Positions 19,260-28,428 of a DNA stretch of 64,000 nt are shown piece by piece (the stretch's first letter is position 1; every line of letters begins with the position of its first letter). The position numbers and the translations under genes were made by a program. The stretch lies in assembly GCA_040767085.1 (NCBI GenBank), contig JAXGPF010000006.1:96001-160000 (forward strand), given 5' to 3'. The notes below the pieces were generated by a model, which did not search any database, was not told where the DNA came from, and worked only from the letters and a program-made list of their open reading frames with translations. The stretch comes from Kiritimatiellia bacterium. GTDB taxonomy: Bacteria; Verrucomicrobiota; Kiritimatiellia; JAAZAB01.

Positions 19260-20777
19260 TCAACGCGGACGGCTGGTTGGCCGGCCGCGTCCACCGGGGC
19301 GCGGGCCGCCGGAACGCGGGCGGCCGCCGGGCCGGAACCCGCCGGGCCGCCGCAGAGGCGGCCGGCGCGGGATTTCATCGGCCACCGCCGCCAGCCCGGC
19401 CGGGCGCGGCGGCAACTGCAGCCACTCCGCCGGCGGCTGCTCGTAAGGCAGGCTGCGGCCGATGAATTTTTCGATTTCCATCATGTTGAACGCGCCCGCC
19501 TCGCAGGCGAAGGCCATGGCCACGCCGGAAGCGCCGGCGCGGCCGGTGCGGCCGATGCGATGGACATAATCTTCCGCCTCTTCCGGCAGATCGTAATTGA
19601 CGACATGGCTGATGGCATCCACGTGGATGCCGCGCCCGGCCACATCGGTGGCCACGAGCACCTTGACCTGGCCGGCGCGGAATTTTTCCAGGATTTTCAG
19701 GCGCTGCGTTTGCGGCACATCGCCGGAAAGCTGATCGCAACTCACCCCGTAGGAGCGCAATTGCCGCGTCAATTGATCCACCGTGTCGCGCCGGTTGCGA
19801 AAGACCAGCACGCGTGTGACCTCCGGCTGCCGCAAGATATGCAGCATCAGCGCCAGCTTGCTGCGGGCGGGCACGGAAAAGATGCGTTGCTGAATCGAGT
19901 CCAGGGTAACTTTTTCCGGCTCGATCTCCACCTTGACCGGATCGTTCATCCAGCGTTCGGCCAGGCGCATCACCTCGGGGCTGAGCGTAGCGCTGAACAG
20001 CATGGTTTGCCGGCGGTTTTTGGGCGGCAGGCTGTAAACGATCTTGCGCACATCGGGAATAAAACCCATGTCCAGCATGCGGTCGGCCTCGTCAATCACC
20101 AGGATTTCCACCTGGCGCAAATCCAGCACGTGCGAATCGCGGAAATCCAGCAGCCGGCCGGGCGTGGCCGCCACGATATCGCACGGGGAACGCAGTTGCT
20201 GCTGCTGCTTGCCGTAATCCATGCCGCCGTAAACCGCCAGGGCGGTGCAGCCGCAATGCCGGCCCAGCGCCTCGGCGTCATGATGAATCTGGATCACCAA
20301 CTCGCGCGTGGGGGCCAGGACCAGCATGCGCGGCGTGCCGGGTTTGCGGGCGCCCGGCAACGGGTTCGCCAGAAACCGCGCGAACGCCGTAATCAAAAAG
20401 GCCGCCGTCTTGCCGGTGCCGGTCTGCGCCTTGCCGGCCACATCCTTGCCCTGCAACGCCGGAGGCAGGCACAGGGCCTGCACCGGCGTGCAATATTGAA
20501 ATTTCAAATCCGCCACCGCGTGCATGATTTCCGCCGGCAGGTGCAGATCGTGGAAACGAGCCTTGCCTTCCGCCGGCTCCACCTGGAATTGATTCAAGTT
20601 CCAGGCCGGCGCCGGTATGGGACGCGCGGGGGGGGGCGTGGAACGCGGACGCCGTTCCACCCGCGATTCAGCGCGCCGCGGTGGCGCGACGGGCGGTGTT
20701 TTCACCGCCGGCGCGGCTGCCGCGCGCCGCCCGATCTTGATCAACTTACCGCCTATTTTTTTCAGCAACCTTTTGAT
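19260..20777 (-). CDS. DEAD-box RNA helicase (RhlB-like)
   Basis: Q motif TPVQ, AQTGTGKT, PTREL, TPGRL, DEAD, SAT, RGIH, HRIGRTGR, RGG-rich tail; start ATC 20777 or TTG 20768. Confidence 0.93.
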   Translation of the reverse strand: MKRLLKKIGGKLIKIGRRAAAAPAVKTPPVAPPRRAESRVERRPRSTPPPARPIPAPAWNLNQFQVEPAEGKARFHDLHLPAEIMHAVADLKFQYCTPVQALCLPPALQGKDVAGKAQTGTGKTAAFLITAFARFLANPLPGARKPGTPRMLVLAPTRELVIQIHHDAEALGRHCGCTALAVYGGMDYGKQQQQLRSPCDIVAATPGRLLDFRDSHVLDLRQVEILVIDEADRMLDMGFIPDVRKIVYSLPPKNRRQTMLFSATLSPEVMRLAERWMNDPVKVEIEPEKVTLDSIQQRIFSVPARSKLALMLHILRQPEVTRVLVFRNRRDTVDQLTRQLRSYGVSCDQLSGDVPQTQRLKILEKFRAGQVKVLVATDVAGRGIHVDAISHVVNYDLPEEAEDYVHRIGRTGRAGASGVAMAFACEAGAFNMMEIEKFIGRSLPYEQPPAEWLQLPPRPAGLAAVADEIPRRPPLRRPGGFRPGGRPRSGGPRPGGRGRPTSRPR

Positions 20778-21221
20778 GTTATGTCTCCTCTAATGATTGT
20801 GCCGTGTCCGTTGTTCCGGCATACCAGCCTTAACACCCTGACCCCTTAAAACTTCCAGAAACGCGAGCTTTGGAGTGTTGGAATACATGAAATTTAGCAT
20901 GAATCCGCGGGAAATCAACTGGAATCCGCCATGACTGCCAAGCTTGGGCAGGGCTAATCTGCGTCAACCTGCATGATCTGAGTATCCGCTTGCTTCCGCG
21001 CCCGGGCATCACGGCGCGCAAGGGACTGCGCGCCCGGCCGGTGTTGATGATTCTTCCCTCCGTGCCCGGTCAAGTTTAATCCGCGTCAATCTGCGGATTC
21101 TGCGGATTCGCCTACTTCCGTGTGCCAGCAAACCGCTGTTGCGCACCGGGCATGAAATATGTATGCTGTTTCGATTGCGGCGCGTCCGCGCGGATGCGCC
21201 GCCGCCCGGATAATAATCATC

Positions 21222-22589
21222 ATGCACGATTCCGATACCATTGCCGCCATTGCCACGGCGCCGGGCGCCGCGGGCATTGCCATTGTCCGCCTTTCCGGGC
21301 CGGCTGCCCCGGCGATTGCCGCCCGAATCTTCACCTGCGGCGGTACGCCGCCGGATTTCCAGGCCCGGCGCTTATTGCGGCATGGTTTCATCCGTTCGCC
21401 GGAAGGCATAGCGGACGAAGTGCTGTTGCTGATGATGCGCGCGCCCCGCAGTTACACCGGGGAAGACGTGGTGGAACTGCAAGGCCATGGCGGCAGCGTG
21501 CCCGCCCGGCGCGTGCTGGAACAAGTTTTGCGCGCGGGCGCGCGGCCGGCGGAGCCTGGGGAATTCACCCGCCGGGCCTTTTTGAATGGCCGGCTGGACC
21601 TGGTGCAGGCGGAAGCGGTGCTGGACCTGATCCATGCGCAATCCGAACGGGCCGCCGCCGCCGCGCTGGAGCAATTAACGGGCAAACTCAGCGCGCCCCT
21701 GGAAGATGCCCGGCGGAGCCTGCTGGAAGCCGCCGCCGAACTTGAAGCCACGCTGGATTTCACGGAGGATGAAACGCCGGCCGAGGTTTTCCCGGCGGTC
21801 CGGCGGCGCCTGGCGGCGGCGGCGGAAACGCTGGACGGGCTGCTGGCCACCTGGGAGGAAGGACAACTGCTGCGGGAGGGCATGCGGGCGGTGATTTCCG
21901 GCCGGCCGAATGTCGGCAAGTCCACCTTGCTGAACGCCCTGCTGGGACGCGACCGCGCCATCGTCTCGGACACGCCCGGCACCACGCGCGACCTGATTGA
22001 GGAAACCTGGCTGCTGGACGACTACCCGGTGCGGCTGGCGGACACGGCCGGCTTGCGCGCCGCCGGTTGCCAGGTGGAACAGGAAGGCGTCCGGCGCGCC
22101 CGGCGCCTGATGCGCGTGGCAGACATGCATCTTTATGTCATTGACGCCTCCCAGCCGCCTCACCCGGACGATGCGGCCAACCTGGCGGAAATCCCGCCCG
22201 ACCGCTGTCTGCTCCTGCTCAACAAGAGCGATTTGCCCGCGCGTATTGTTCCCGGCGATTTCCCGGGGCGGACCGCCATCCCCACGGCGCTGATCCGCGG
22301 CGAAGGCGTGGCACGTCTCAAGGCTGCCATGCGGGACCGTTTACACCGGGCCACGGCCGCGCCGCCGCCGCATGCCGCGATTTCCGCGCGCCATCGAACC
22401 ATCCTGGAAGCTGCCCGGGCCGATACGCGGCAGGCGCTGGCGATCCTGGCCGGACAGCGGGAGGATTTGCTGGCGCCGGCATCGGCGGCCATCCGCGCCG
22501 CGGCGGAACAAATCGGGCAAATGCTGGGAAAAACCTATTACCCGGAACTGCTGGATGCCATCTTCAGCCGGTTCTGCATCGGTAAATGA
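21222..22589 (+). CDS. mnmE: tRNA modification GTPase
   Basis: DTIAAIATAPG, SYTGEDVVE..HG, GEFTRRAFLNG, GRPNVGKS, GTTRD, DTAG, NKSD, FCIGK. Confidence 0.97.
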   Translation: MHDSDTIAAIATAPGAAGIAIVRLSGPAAPAIAARIFTCGGTPPDFQARRLLRHGFIRSPEGIADEVLLLMMRAPRSYTGEDVVELQGHGGSVPARRVLEQVLRAGARPAEPGEFTRRAFLNGRLDLVQAEAVLDLIHAQSERAAAAALEQLTGKLSAPLEDARRSLLEAAAELEATLDFTEDETPAEVFPAVRRRLAAAAETLDGLLATWEEGQLLREGMRAVISGRPNVGKSTLLNALLGRDRAIVSDTPGTTRDLIEETWLLDDYPVRLADTAGLRAAGCQVEQEGVRRARRLMRVADMHLYVIDASQPPHPDDAANLAEIPPDRCLLLLNKSDLPARIVPGDFPGRTAIPTALIRGEGVARLKAAMRDRLHRATAAPPPHAAISARHRTILEAARADTRQALAILAGQREDLLAPASAAIRAAAEQIGQMLGKTYYPELLDAIFSRFCIGK

Positions 22590-22599
22590 CGGGAATGCC

Positions 22600-23649
22600 A
22601 TGAAAACCGCGGAATTCACATACGCCCTCCCGCCGGAATTGATCGCCCAATCCCCGCTGCCCGAACGCGCCCAGTCGCGCATGATGGTCGTAGACCGGCG
22701 CGGCGGCGCCATCCGGCATGCCCGGGTGGCCGACTTGCCGGGCATCCTGCGCCCCGGAGACCTGCTGGTGCTGAATGACACCCGGGTCATCCCGGCGCGG
22801 CTGTTCGGGCGCAAGTCCGATACCGGCGGACGCGTGGAAGTTTTGCTGGTCGAAGAAACCGCCCCGGATGAATGGGACGTGCTTTGGCGCGCGTCCCGGC
22901 CGCCGCGGCCCGGCAGCGGGTTGGAACTGGCCGGCGGCTGCATCCGGGCCGAAGTGCTGGAACCGCCCCGGCATGGCCTCCTGCGCGTACGCCTGCATTA
23001 CCAGGGAAATTTTATGGAATTGCTGGAAGCGCACGGCCAGCCGCCGCTGCCGCCTTACATCAAAAGGCCGGCTGGCGGGAACGCGCCGGAACAAACCGCC
23101 GAAGACCGCCGGCGTTACCAGACCGTCTTTGCCCGCCAGCCGGGCGCCGTGGCCGCGCCGACCGCCGGCCTGCATTTCACCGACAGCCTGCTGGCAGACC
23201 TGGCGGCGCGCGGCATCCGCAACGTGAAAATCACCCTGCATGTCGGTCCGGGAACATTCCGCCCGGTAACGTGCGCCAGCATCGCCGACCACCGCATGGA
23301 TGCCGAACGGTTCATCGTGCCGGCGGAAACCGCCGATGCCTTCAACGCCGCCCGGCATGCCGGCGGACGCGTGGTGGCGGTCGGCAGCACGGTGGTCCGG
23401 ACGCTGGAAACGGCGGCCGGCCCCGACGGCCTGGCGGCGGGCGCGGGACGCAGTTCGCTGTTCATCCATCCGCCCTACCGGTTCCGGGCGGTGGACGCGA
23501 TGCTGACCAATTTCCACCTGCCCGCCTCCACGCTGCTGATGATGGTCAGCGCCCTGGCCGGCCTGGAACTGACCCGGCAGGCCTATGCCCTGGCGGTGCG
23601 GGAACGCTACCGCTTTTACAGCTATGGCGATTGCATGCTGATTTTATAG
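22600..23649 (+). CDS. queA: S-adenosylmethionine:tRNA ribosyltransferase-isomerase
   Basis: LPPELIAQ, NDTRVIPARL, PLPPYI, AAPTAGLHF, TNFHLP, YSYGDCM. Confidence 0.97.
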   Translation: MKTAEFTYALPPELIAQSPLPERAQSRMMVVDRRGGAIRHARVADLPGILRPGDLLVLNDTRVIPARLFGRKSDTGGRVEVLLVEETAPDEWDVLWRASRPPRPGSGLELAGGCIRAEVLEPPRHGLLRVRLHYQGNFMELLEAHGQPPLPPYIKRPAGGNAPEQTAEDRRRYQTVFARQPGAVAAPTAGLHFTDSLLADLAARGIRNVKITLHVGPGTFRPVTCASIADHRMDAERFIVPAETADAFNAARHAGGRVVAVGSTVVRTLETAAGPDGLAAGAGRSSLFIHPPYRFRAVDAMLTNFHLPASTLLMMVSALAGLELTRQAYALAVRERYRFYSYGDCMLIL

Positions 23650-23676
23650 GCCGGCGCGCCGGCCATGCGGGCGGCG

Positions 23677-24231
23677 TCAGTTGGTGATCTTCTTCAATTC
23701 GTCCCGCAGCCGCGCGGCTTCCTCGTAATGCTCCGCTTCCACCGCCTGGGCAATGCGCCGCTTGAGATCTTCGATTTTCGCCGCGCCGGTCAGCGGCGCG
23801 GCGCGTTCGAGCGAGAGGTGGCCGTTGCCGGCGGTGTCGCGCACAATCACACCGGCGGCCTCCATGACTTCCGGCGCCACCAGCACGGGTGCGCCGCAGC
23901 GCAGCGCCAGGGCGATCGCATCGCTGGGCCGGGCGTCCATCGTGGATTCCAGGCCATTGGCTTCCAGAATCAGCCTGGCATAGAATGTGTTGTCGGCCAG
24001 GTCGCAGATTTCCACCCGCTTCATCCGGCATTCCAGGTGGTCCAGGACCTGCTTGAACAGATCATGCGTCAACGGACGGGGCGGCCGCACCCCCTCCAGC
24101 ACCAGGGCAATCGCCTGCGCCTCGGGCGGTCCGATAAAGACCGGCAGCGTACGCTGGTCCTGCTGGCTGCGCAGGAACACCACGAAGCCCATGTTGGAAA
24201 GCGAAACCTGCGCCACTTTAACCGGAATCAT
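23677..24231 (-). CDS. Bifunctional nuclease (DUF151) with C-terminal UVR domain
   Basis: LPVFIG..EAQAI, RPLTHDL, FYARL, DARPSDAIALAL, EHYEEAARLRDE. Confidence 0.92.
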   Translation of the reverse strand: MIPVKVAQVSLSNMGFVVFLRSQQDQRTLPVFIGPPEAQAIALVLEGVRPPRPLTHDLFKQVLDHLECRMKRVEICDLADNTFYARLILEANGLESTMDARPSDAIALALRCGAPVLVAPEVMEAAGVIVRDTAGNGHLSLERAAPLTGAAKIEDLKRRIAQAVEAEHYEEAARLRDELKKITN

Positions 24232-24337
24232 ATCAGCACCTCTTTTGACCTAAACTTGCCAACTGCCGGACTTATGCTGAATACCGGTATTTTAGGCGAA
24301 ATGCCTCCCGCCGTCAAGCACTAGCGGAAAACCCCAA

Positions 24338-26215
24338 CTAAAGTTTATGAATCCGCCGCACACTGCCGGCCTGCCCGAATTTGCGGTAAACTTTCGCGGC
24401 CCAGTTGAATGCCCGATCCACCCGTCCGACCAGGGTGATGGGCCGCGGAAACAGCAAGGCCAGGTTCTGCGGCAGGTCGCCGATCCGTAAAATGCCGGGC
24501 AACTCGGGCGTGTCGGGATGCGCATGACTGGCCGGCAGATCGGCCAGAATCACCCCGGCGATTGCCGGATCGAGCAAGGCCGCGTAAACCGCCAGCACGG
24601 CGGTCCGGCCTTCGCCGTAAAGCGTAATCGGTCCGGCAAACGGCTGCTGCCGGACAATTTCGATGCCGTCCAGCAGGTCCGACACCTGGCGCTCGGGCAG
24701 GGACTGGCCCAGCAAGGGATAACTGCGCCGCAGCGTCCAGAGATACCCCGGGCCGACCGAAGTCGCCGCGGTATTGCGGACTTCGACGCAGGCGGTGGCA
24801 TGATTTGCGGTAAGCGCCATTGGCCGGCCGGCGCCGAAATGCCCGGAACGCAGGGACTCCGGCAAGGCAAACGCGACCACCGGCACGCGCGCGGCGGCGC
24901 CGGGGCAGCCGGTTCGCACCCGCAGTTCCAGGTTGTCCGCAGTCCGGAAAACATGGCTGGTAAATTTGATGCCCGCGCGGCTTACGCCGTCCGCGCGGCA
25001 TTCGACCAACTCGGGGCGGGCAGGGAGAGCGATGTTGCGGAATGTCAATTGCCGCATCTTTTTAATGGTTGCCCGCTGCCAGGCCGTCCATGGCTTGCAG
25101 GCGCCCACCGGCGGGGCCGGCGCCCTGAAAGGCAGCAGTTCATCCGCCCGGCGCATATTGTCATGGCGCGGCGGCTGGCCGTTGAACACGCGCAAAATCC
25201 TCTCCGATTCTACCCGGTCGGTCACGTCTTCGGCCACCGGACGCGGATCGTCTTGCAGGTGCCGGTTAAACCACTCGAAAATGGCGCGCCGCTGCTTGGG
25301 CGTGTAACCGTGCGGGGCGACATCTTCCGCCAGGGCCACCTTGTCCGCCGCGCCCAGCCGGGCGTACTGGTGCTTGATCCGCAAATACACGTCCCGGAAG
25401 GCGTAAGGCCGCCAGAGCATATCTTCGGTGCAGGAAGCTATCAGCAGGGGCCGCGGCGCGATCAAGGCGCCGAGATCCGGCGTGCACCACTGGTGATAAT
25501 TGATCCAGAAGGCGCAGTCGCAATGGCCGTCCGTGGCGCGGTCGGCGATCAATTGCTCGATGCTGCCGGTCTGGCAGGACGGCGCCACGCACTTGACCCG
25601 CTCGTCCGCCGCGCCCAGGAACCAGGACATCGCGCCGCCGCCGGAATTGCCGGTGACGCCCAGGCGGCCTGGATCCACATCCCGGCGCGCGACCAGGTAA
25701 TCCAGCGCGCGCATGGCGTTCCACACTTCCATGCCGGCGGGGGTGTAACCCCGGCTGATCCAGTCCCAGCGCCCCAGGCGGTGCGTGCCATGGTGGACGC
25801 CCTGCGCTTCGCCAAGCTGGATCGGATCCAGGATCAACGCCACATAGCCATGCTGGGCGAACCAGCGCGGATGCGCCTGGTATGTCGGGCTGGCCTTGCC
25901 GATGGCATGCCCGCACAAATAAAGCACCGCCGGCAATCGGCCGCCGATTTTTTCCGGCCGGTAAAGATTGCCCGGCACATACGCCCCCGCCAGACTCTGG
26001 AAATGGATTTTCTCGATGACATAGCCCGGCCGCTTCAAACATCCGGTGACCACGGCCTTGAGCGGCGCGCGTTGCGGCAACGGCAGGAGCCCCAGCATTT
26101 CCAGCCATTGGGCGCGGCGCGCGGCCAGACTGCGCTGCCACGCCGCCGCCGCCGCGGGATTAATTAACGAAGAGGACGAAACCCGCCGCGCCTGATTTTT
26201 TATGGATTGATACAT
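24338..26215 (-). CDS. Alpha/beta hydrolase (acetyl xylan esterase-like), two-domain
   Basis: GNLYRP, PAVLYLCGH, RALDYL..R.DVD..RLGVTGNSGGG; GGAGG before ATG 26215. Confidence 0.85.
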   Translation of the reverse strand: MYQSIKNQARRVSSSSLINPAAAAAWQRSLAARRAQWLEMLGLLPLPQRAPLKAVVTGCLKRPGYVIEKIHFQSLAGAYVPGNLYRPEKIGGRLPAVLYLCGHAIGKASPTYQAHPRWFAQHGYVALILDPIQLGEAQGVHHGTHRLGRWDWISRGYTPAGMEVWNAMRALDYLVARRDVDPGRLGVTGNSGGGAMSWFLGAADERVKCVAPSCQTGSIEQLIADRATDGHCDCAFWINYHQWCTPDLGALIAPRPLLIASCTEDMLWRPYAFRDVYLRIKHQYARLGAADKVALAEDVAPHGYTPKQRRAIFEWFNRHLQDDPRPVAEDVTDRVESERILRVFNGQPPRHDNMRRADELLPFRAPAPPVGACKPWTAWQRATIKKMRQLTFRNIALPARPELVECRADGVSRAGIKFTSHVFRTADNLELRVRTGCPGAAARVPVVAFALPESLRSGHFGAGRPMALTANHATACVEVRNTAATSVGPGYLWTLRRSYPLLGQSLPERQVSDLLDGIEIVRQQPFAGPITLYGEGRTAVLAVYAALLDPAIAGVILADLPASHAHPDTPELPGILRIGDLPQNLALLFPRPITLVGRVDRAFNWAAKVYRKFGQAGSVRRIHKL

Positions 26216-26229
26216 TGCTTCCTCCGATT

Positions 26230-26532
26230 TTACTCCACCGTAACGGTTACCGCATCGTATAGAACCATGCCGCCCGGGTAATGCAAAATGCCGTCCATGG
26301 GATAGTCCACGGCAAAATACACATGATACAGACCGCGCGGCAGCGCGGCGGATGCATTGATCCCGCCCGGCGCCGCCGGCAACATGGCGGCCAGGACCAT
26401 GGCCGCGGACACCTTGCCGAATCTCCGCCATTTTGCCGGCAATCCTCCTTGCCGCCGGCAGCCAATGCCGGACCCACACCCGTCAATGCGCGAATTCAGA
26501 TTCCCTGAAGAGGCTGGAAAATGATTTGGCAT
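26230..26532 (-). pseudogene. Probable internally deleted secreted-protein gene (signal-like segment fused to a short C-terminal beta tail)
   Basis: KWRRFGKVSAAMVLAAML..ASAA directly followed by LPRGLYHVYFAVDYPMDG..YDAVTVTVE. Confidence 0.35.
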
Positions 26533-26642
26533 TTTCTTGATGGAGCCGGGACGCCTGCCCGCGGATTGGCAGTCTGGCCCTCGTCCCGTTTACGGGCGAC
26601 TTGGTCCGCCAAAGCGCGCAAAAATGCTCCAAGTCATTTTCC
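26516..26642. mobile_element. MITE-like element, copy 2 (inverted, with ~22-bp internal insertion)
   Basis: GGAAAATGATTTGGCATTTTCTTG ... CAAAAATGCTCCAAGTCATTTTCC; interior aligns to 18689-18792. Confidence 0.7.
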
Positions 26643-26767
26643 GGTATGGGCGTGAAAACATCCCCGCACGCAAGGGCGCCCCGGGAAATCTGATGTCGAG
26701 TTTTTGCATAATCTTTCTTTCCCGCCACGCAAGGTTGAATGGGTGGGCCTTTCGATATTGGTTCAGT

Positions 26768-27076
26768 TAATTGCTCGACAGCCACAAGCTCTCTCGCCGA
26801 TTTGGCCGTGCGCAGAGATTGGCATCGCGCTTAATCAAGTCCATGTTCAGGATTGTCATTTCCTCTATAATGGCAAGGGATCTATTGTGGTTTTCGAAGA
26901 ATTGCCGGGCAATGGCAACGCGCTTTTGCCAGGGGTATATCTAGCGTGTGCGCTTGCCCTTATTGAGCGGGAAGTAGGGGCTGCTTATTGCGCGTACCGA
27001 TCACCTTCACCGATCCACGCATCTCAGGGCCAAGCCGCCCAAGTTCCTCTTGAAGTTTTTGCACCGTCCACTGCAT
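26768..27076 (-). pseudogene. Frameshifted small IS-accessory-like gene (DUF6788-like)
   Basis: MQWTVQKLQEELGRLGPEMRGSVKVIG.. +1 shift ..YFPLNKGKRTR*IY..KR..ARQF.EN..IIEEMTILNMDLIK. Confidence 0.45.
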
Positions 27077-27159
27077 TGCACACTCTGACTCATAATATTT
27101 CAAATAGTTATCCCTAGCATTGCTTTCTCAATTATCCATGTATTAATAATATTGTTTCC

Positions 27160-28428
27160 TCACCAGAATTTGTGGGTGATTACCGGTTCGGGCAATTGCC
27201 CAAGGGTATGATATAGCGCCATTTCCGCGCCATGAAAAGTTCTGAAGCCATAAGATCGTTTGGTAACCACTCGAGCTTTATTGTTCAAGCCCTCGGTTGC
27301 GCCAGTAAAAACCTCGTTTCTGGCTCTGATCCAGTTCAAAAGCAGCTCCTCGTGTTTAGCAATGGTTTTAGCCGCCTTAATGATTGGCGCAATGCGGCTA
27401 CGACAGGCGCGCTTGACCCATGCCTGGAGATAATTACGCGCCCAGGTTGGGCTGTGATAGCTCCAAAAATGCTGAAAGCTTTCCTTGAACAAATAGGCGC
27501 GGCCGGTTTGCAGTCTTGTGCCCAATATCCGATCAAGCATTTCGCGAGCTTTGCCGCGCACGCGGGTTTTGCGGCGCAGCAAGGTCCAGCGCATTTTCTT
27601 GAGTTTTTGCTTGGCCGCCGGACGCGCTGTCATCGCCGCCATATCCCGGCGCCGGACCTCGTCCACGGCGGCATTCAAGGTTTGCACGACATGGAAGCGG
27701 TCAATCATGTGGCAACCGTGGCTGAGGCTCGCAGCAATGACTTTCAGATAAGGTCGCCACATATCGCTACATATATGTCGAATGCCGGCCAGCACGGGTT
27801 TTCCCAAAGATTGCAACCCTTTACGCAGCGCGGCCGCCCGGCGGGTTTGGCCGACCCAGAGCAATCGGCGGCATTGCGCATCAATCTGATAGATCAAGGT
27901 CAGATAGTTCTTGCTCTTTTTACCGTTGCCTACGTGGAGTTCATCAACACCAATCGCCGTTATATTGGCCAATTCCCGGTGCGCCAAGCCCCATTCCACC
28001 ATCCACTCGACCGACCGATAAACCGCCTGCCAACTGACTTTGAAAATCAGCGCCGTCTCTTTCCAGGACAACCTCCGCGCCCAGTTCCCCAAAAAAAGCA
28101 TCAGCGCCTTGCTGTAGGGTCGTTTGCCATCGCTCCAAGGCAGCGCTTCCACCACCACGCCATGTTCGGGGCAATTTACCCGGCGCGGACTATAATGCAA
28201 AAAAGCCGGCACATTCAAAATGGGCACAAACGCCCATATCCGTTCAGGCAGAGTGTCGTATGTCGCCAGCGGTCGCCCGCAACGCGAGCAGCATGCCGCG
28301 CGTTGGCGATGCGGACGAATGCTTATATCCACTTTCCATTGGCCGCGACGATCCAAAACCATACAAGTTTCCTGATAAATAAAACGTTTCAAAGGTTGCA
28401 AACGATTCAAAATTGTTTTAAGTTTCAC
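27160..28428 (-). CDS. ISL3 transposase
   Basis: Zn finger CSRC..RVNCPEHG, IGVDE, CSDMW.PY, DRFHVV, EGLNNKAR..KRSYGFR; GTG start with GGAGG. Confidence 0.96.
   Translation of the reverse strand: MKLKTILNRLQPLKRFIYQETCMVLDRRGQWKVDISIRPHRQRAACCSRCGRPLATYDTLPERIWAFVPILNVPAFLHYSPRRVNCPEHGVVVEALPWSDGKRPYSKALMLFLGNWARRLSWKETALIFKVSWQAVYRSVEWMVEWGLAHRELANITAIGVDELHVGNGKKSKNYLTLIYQIDAQCRRLLWVGQTRRAAALRKGLQSLGKPVLAGIRHICSDMWRPYLKVIAASLSHGCHMIDRFHVVQTLNAAVDEVRRRDMAAMTARPAAKQKLKKMRWTLLRRKTRVRGKAREMLDRILGTRLQTGRAYLFKESFQHFWSYHSPTWARNYLQAWVKRACRSRIAPIIKAAKTIAKHEELLLNWIRARNEVFTGATEGLNNKARVVTKRSYGFRTFHGAEMALYHTLGQLPEPVITHKFW

Noticed and set aside
20628-20636. G9 tracts as phase-variation switches (also 30705-30713)
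   Set aside because: The first encodes Pro-Pro-Pro in a GC-rich linker; the second is not in a supported gene. No evidence without reads.
24518-26167. Long antisense ORFs (also 3014-4219, 19560-20849, 43225-44232, 44507-45688, 55360-56484)
   Set aside because: Expected shadows of high-GC genes on the opposite strand.
26216-26479. 88-aa N-terminal extension of the esterase ORF
   Set aside because: A strong GGAGG precedes ATG 26215, and the extension overlaps another frame.
26704-27117. 137-aa plus-strand ORF
   Set aside because: No motifs; the minus-strand pseudogene reading is more coherent.
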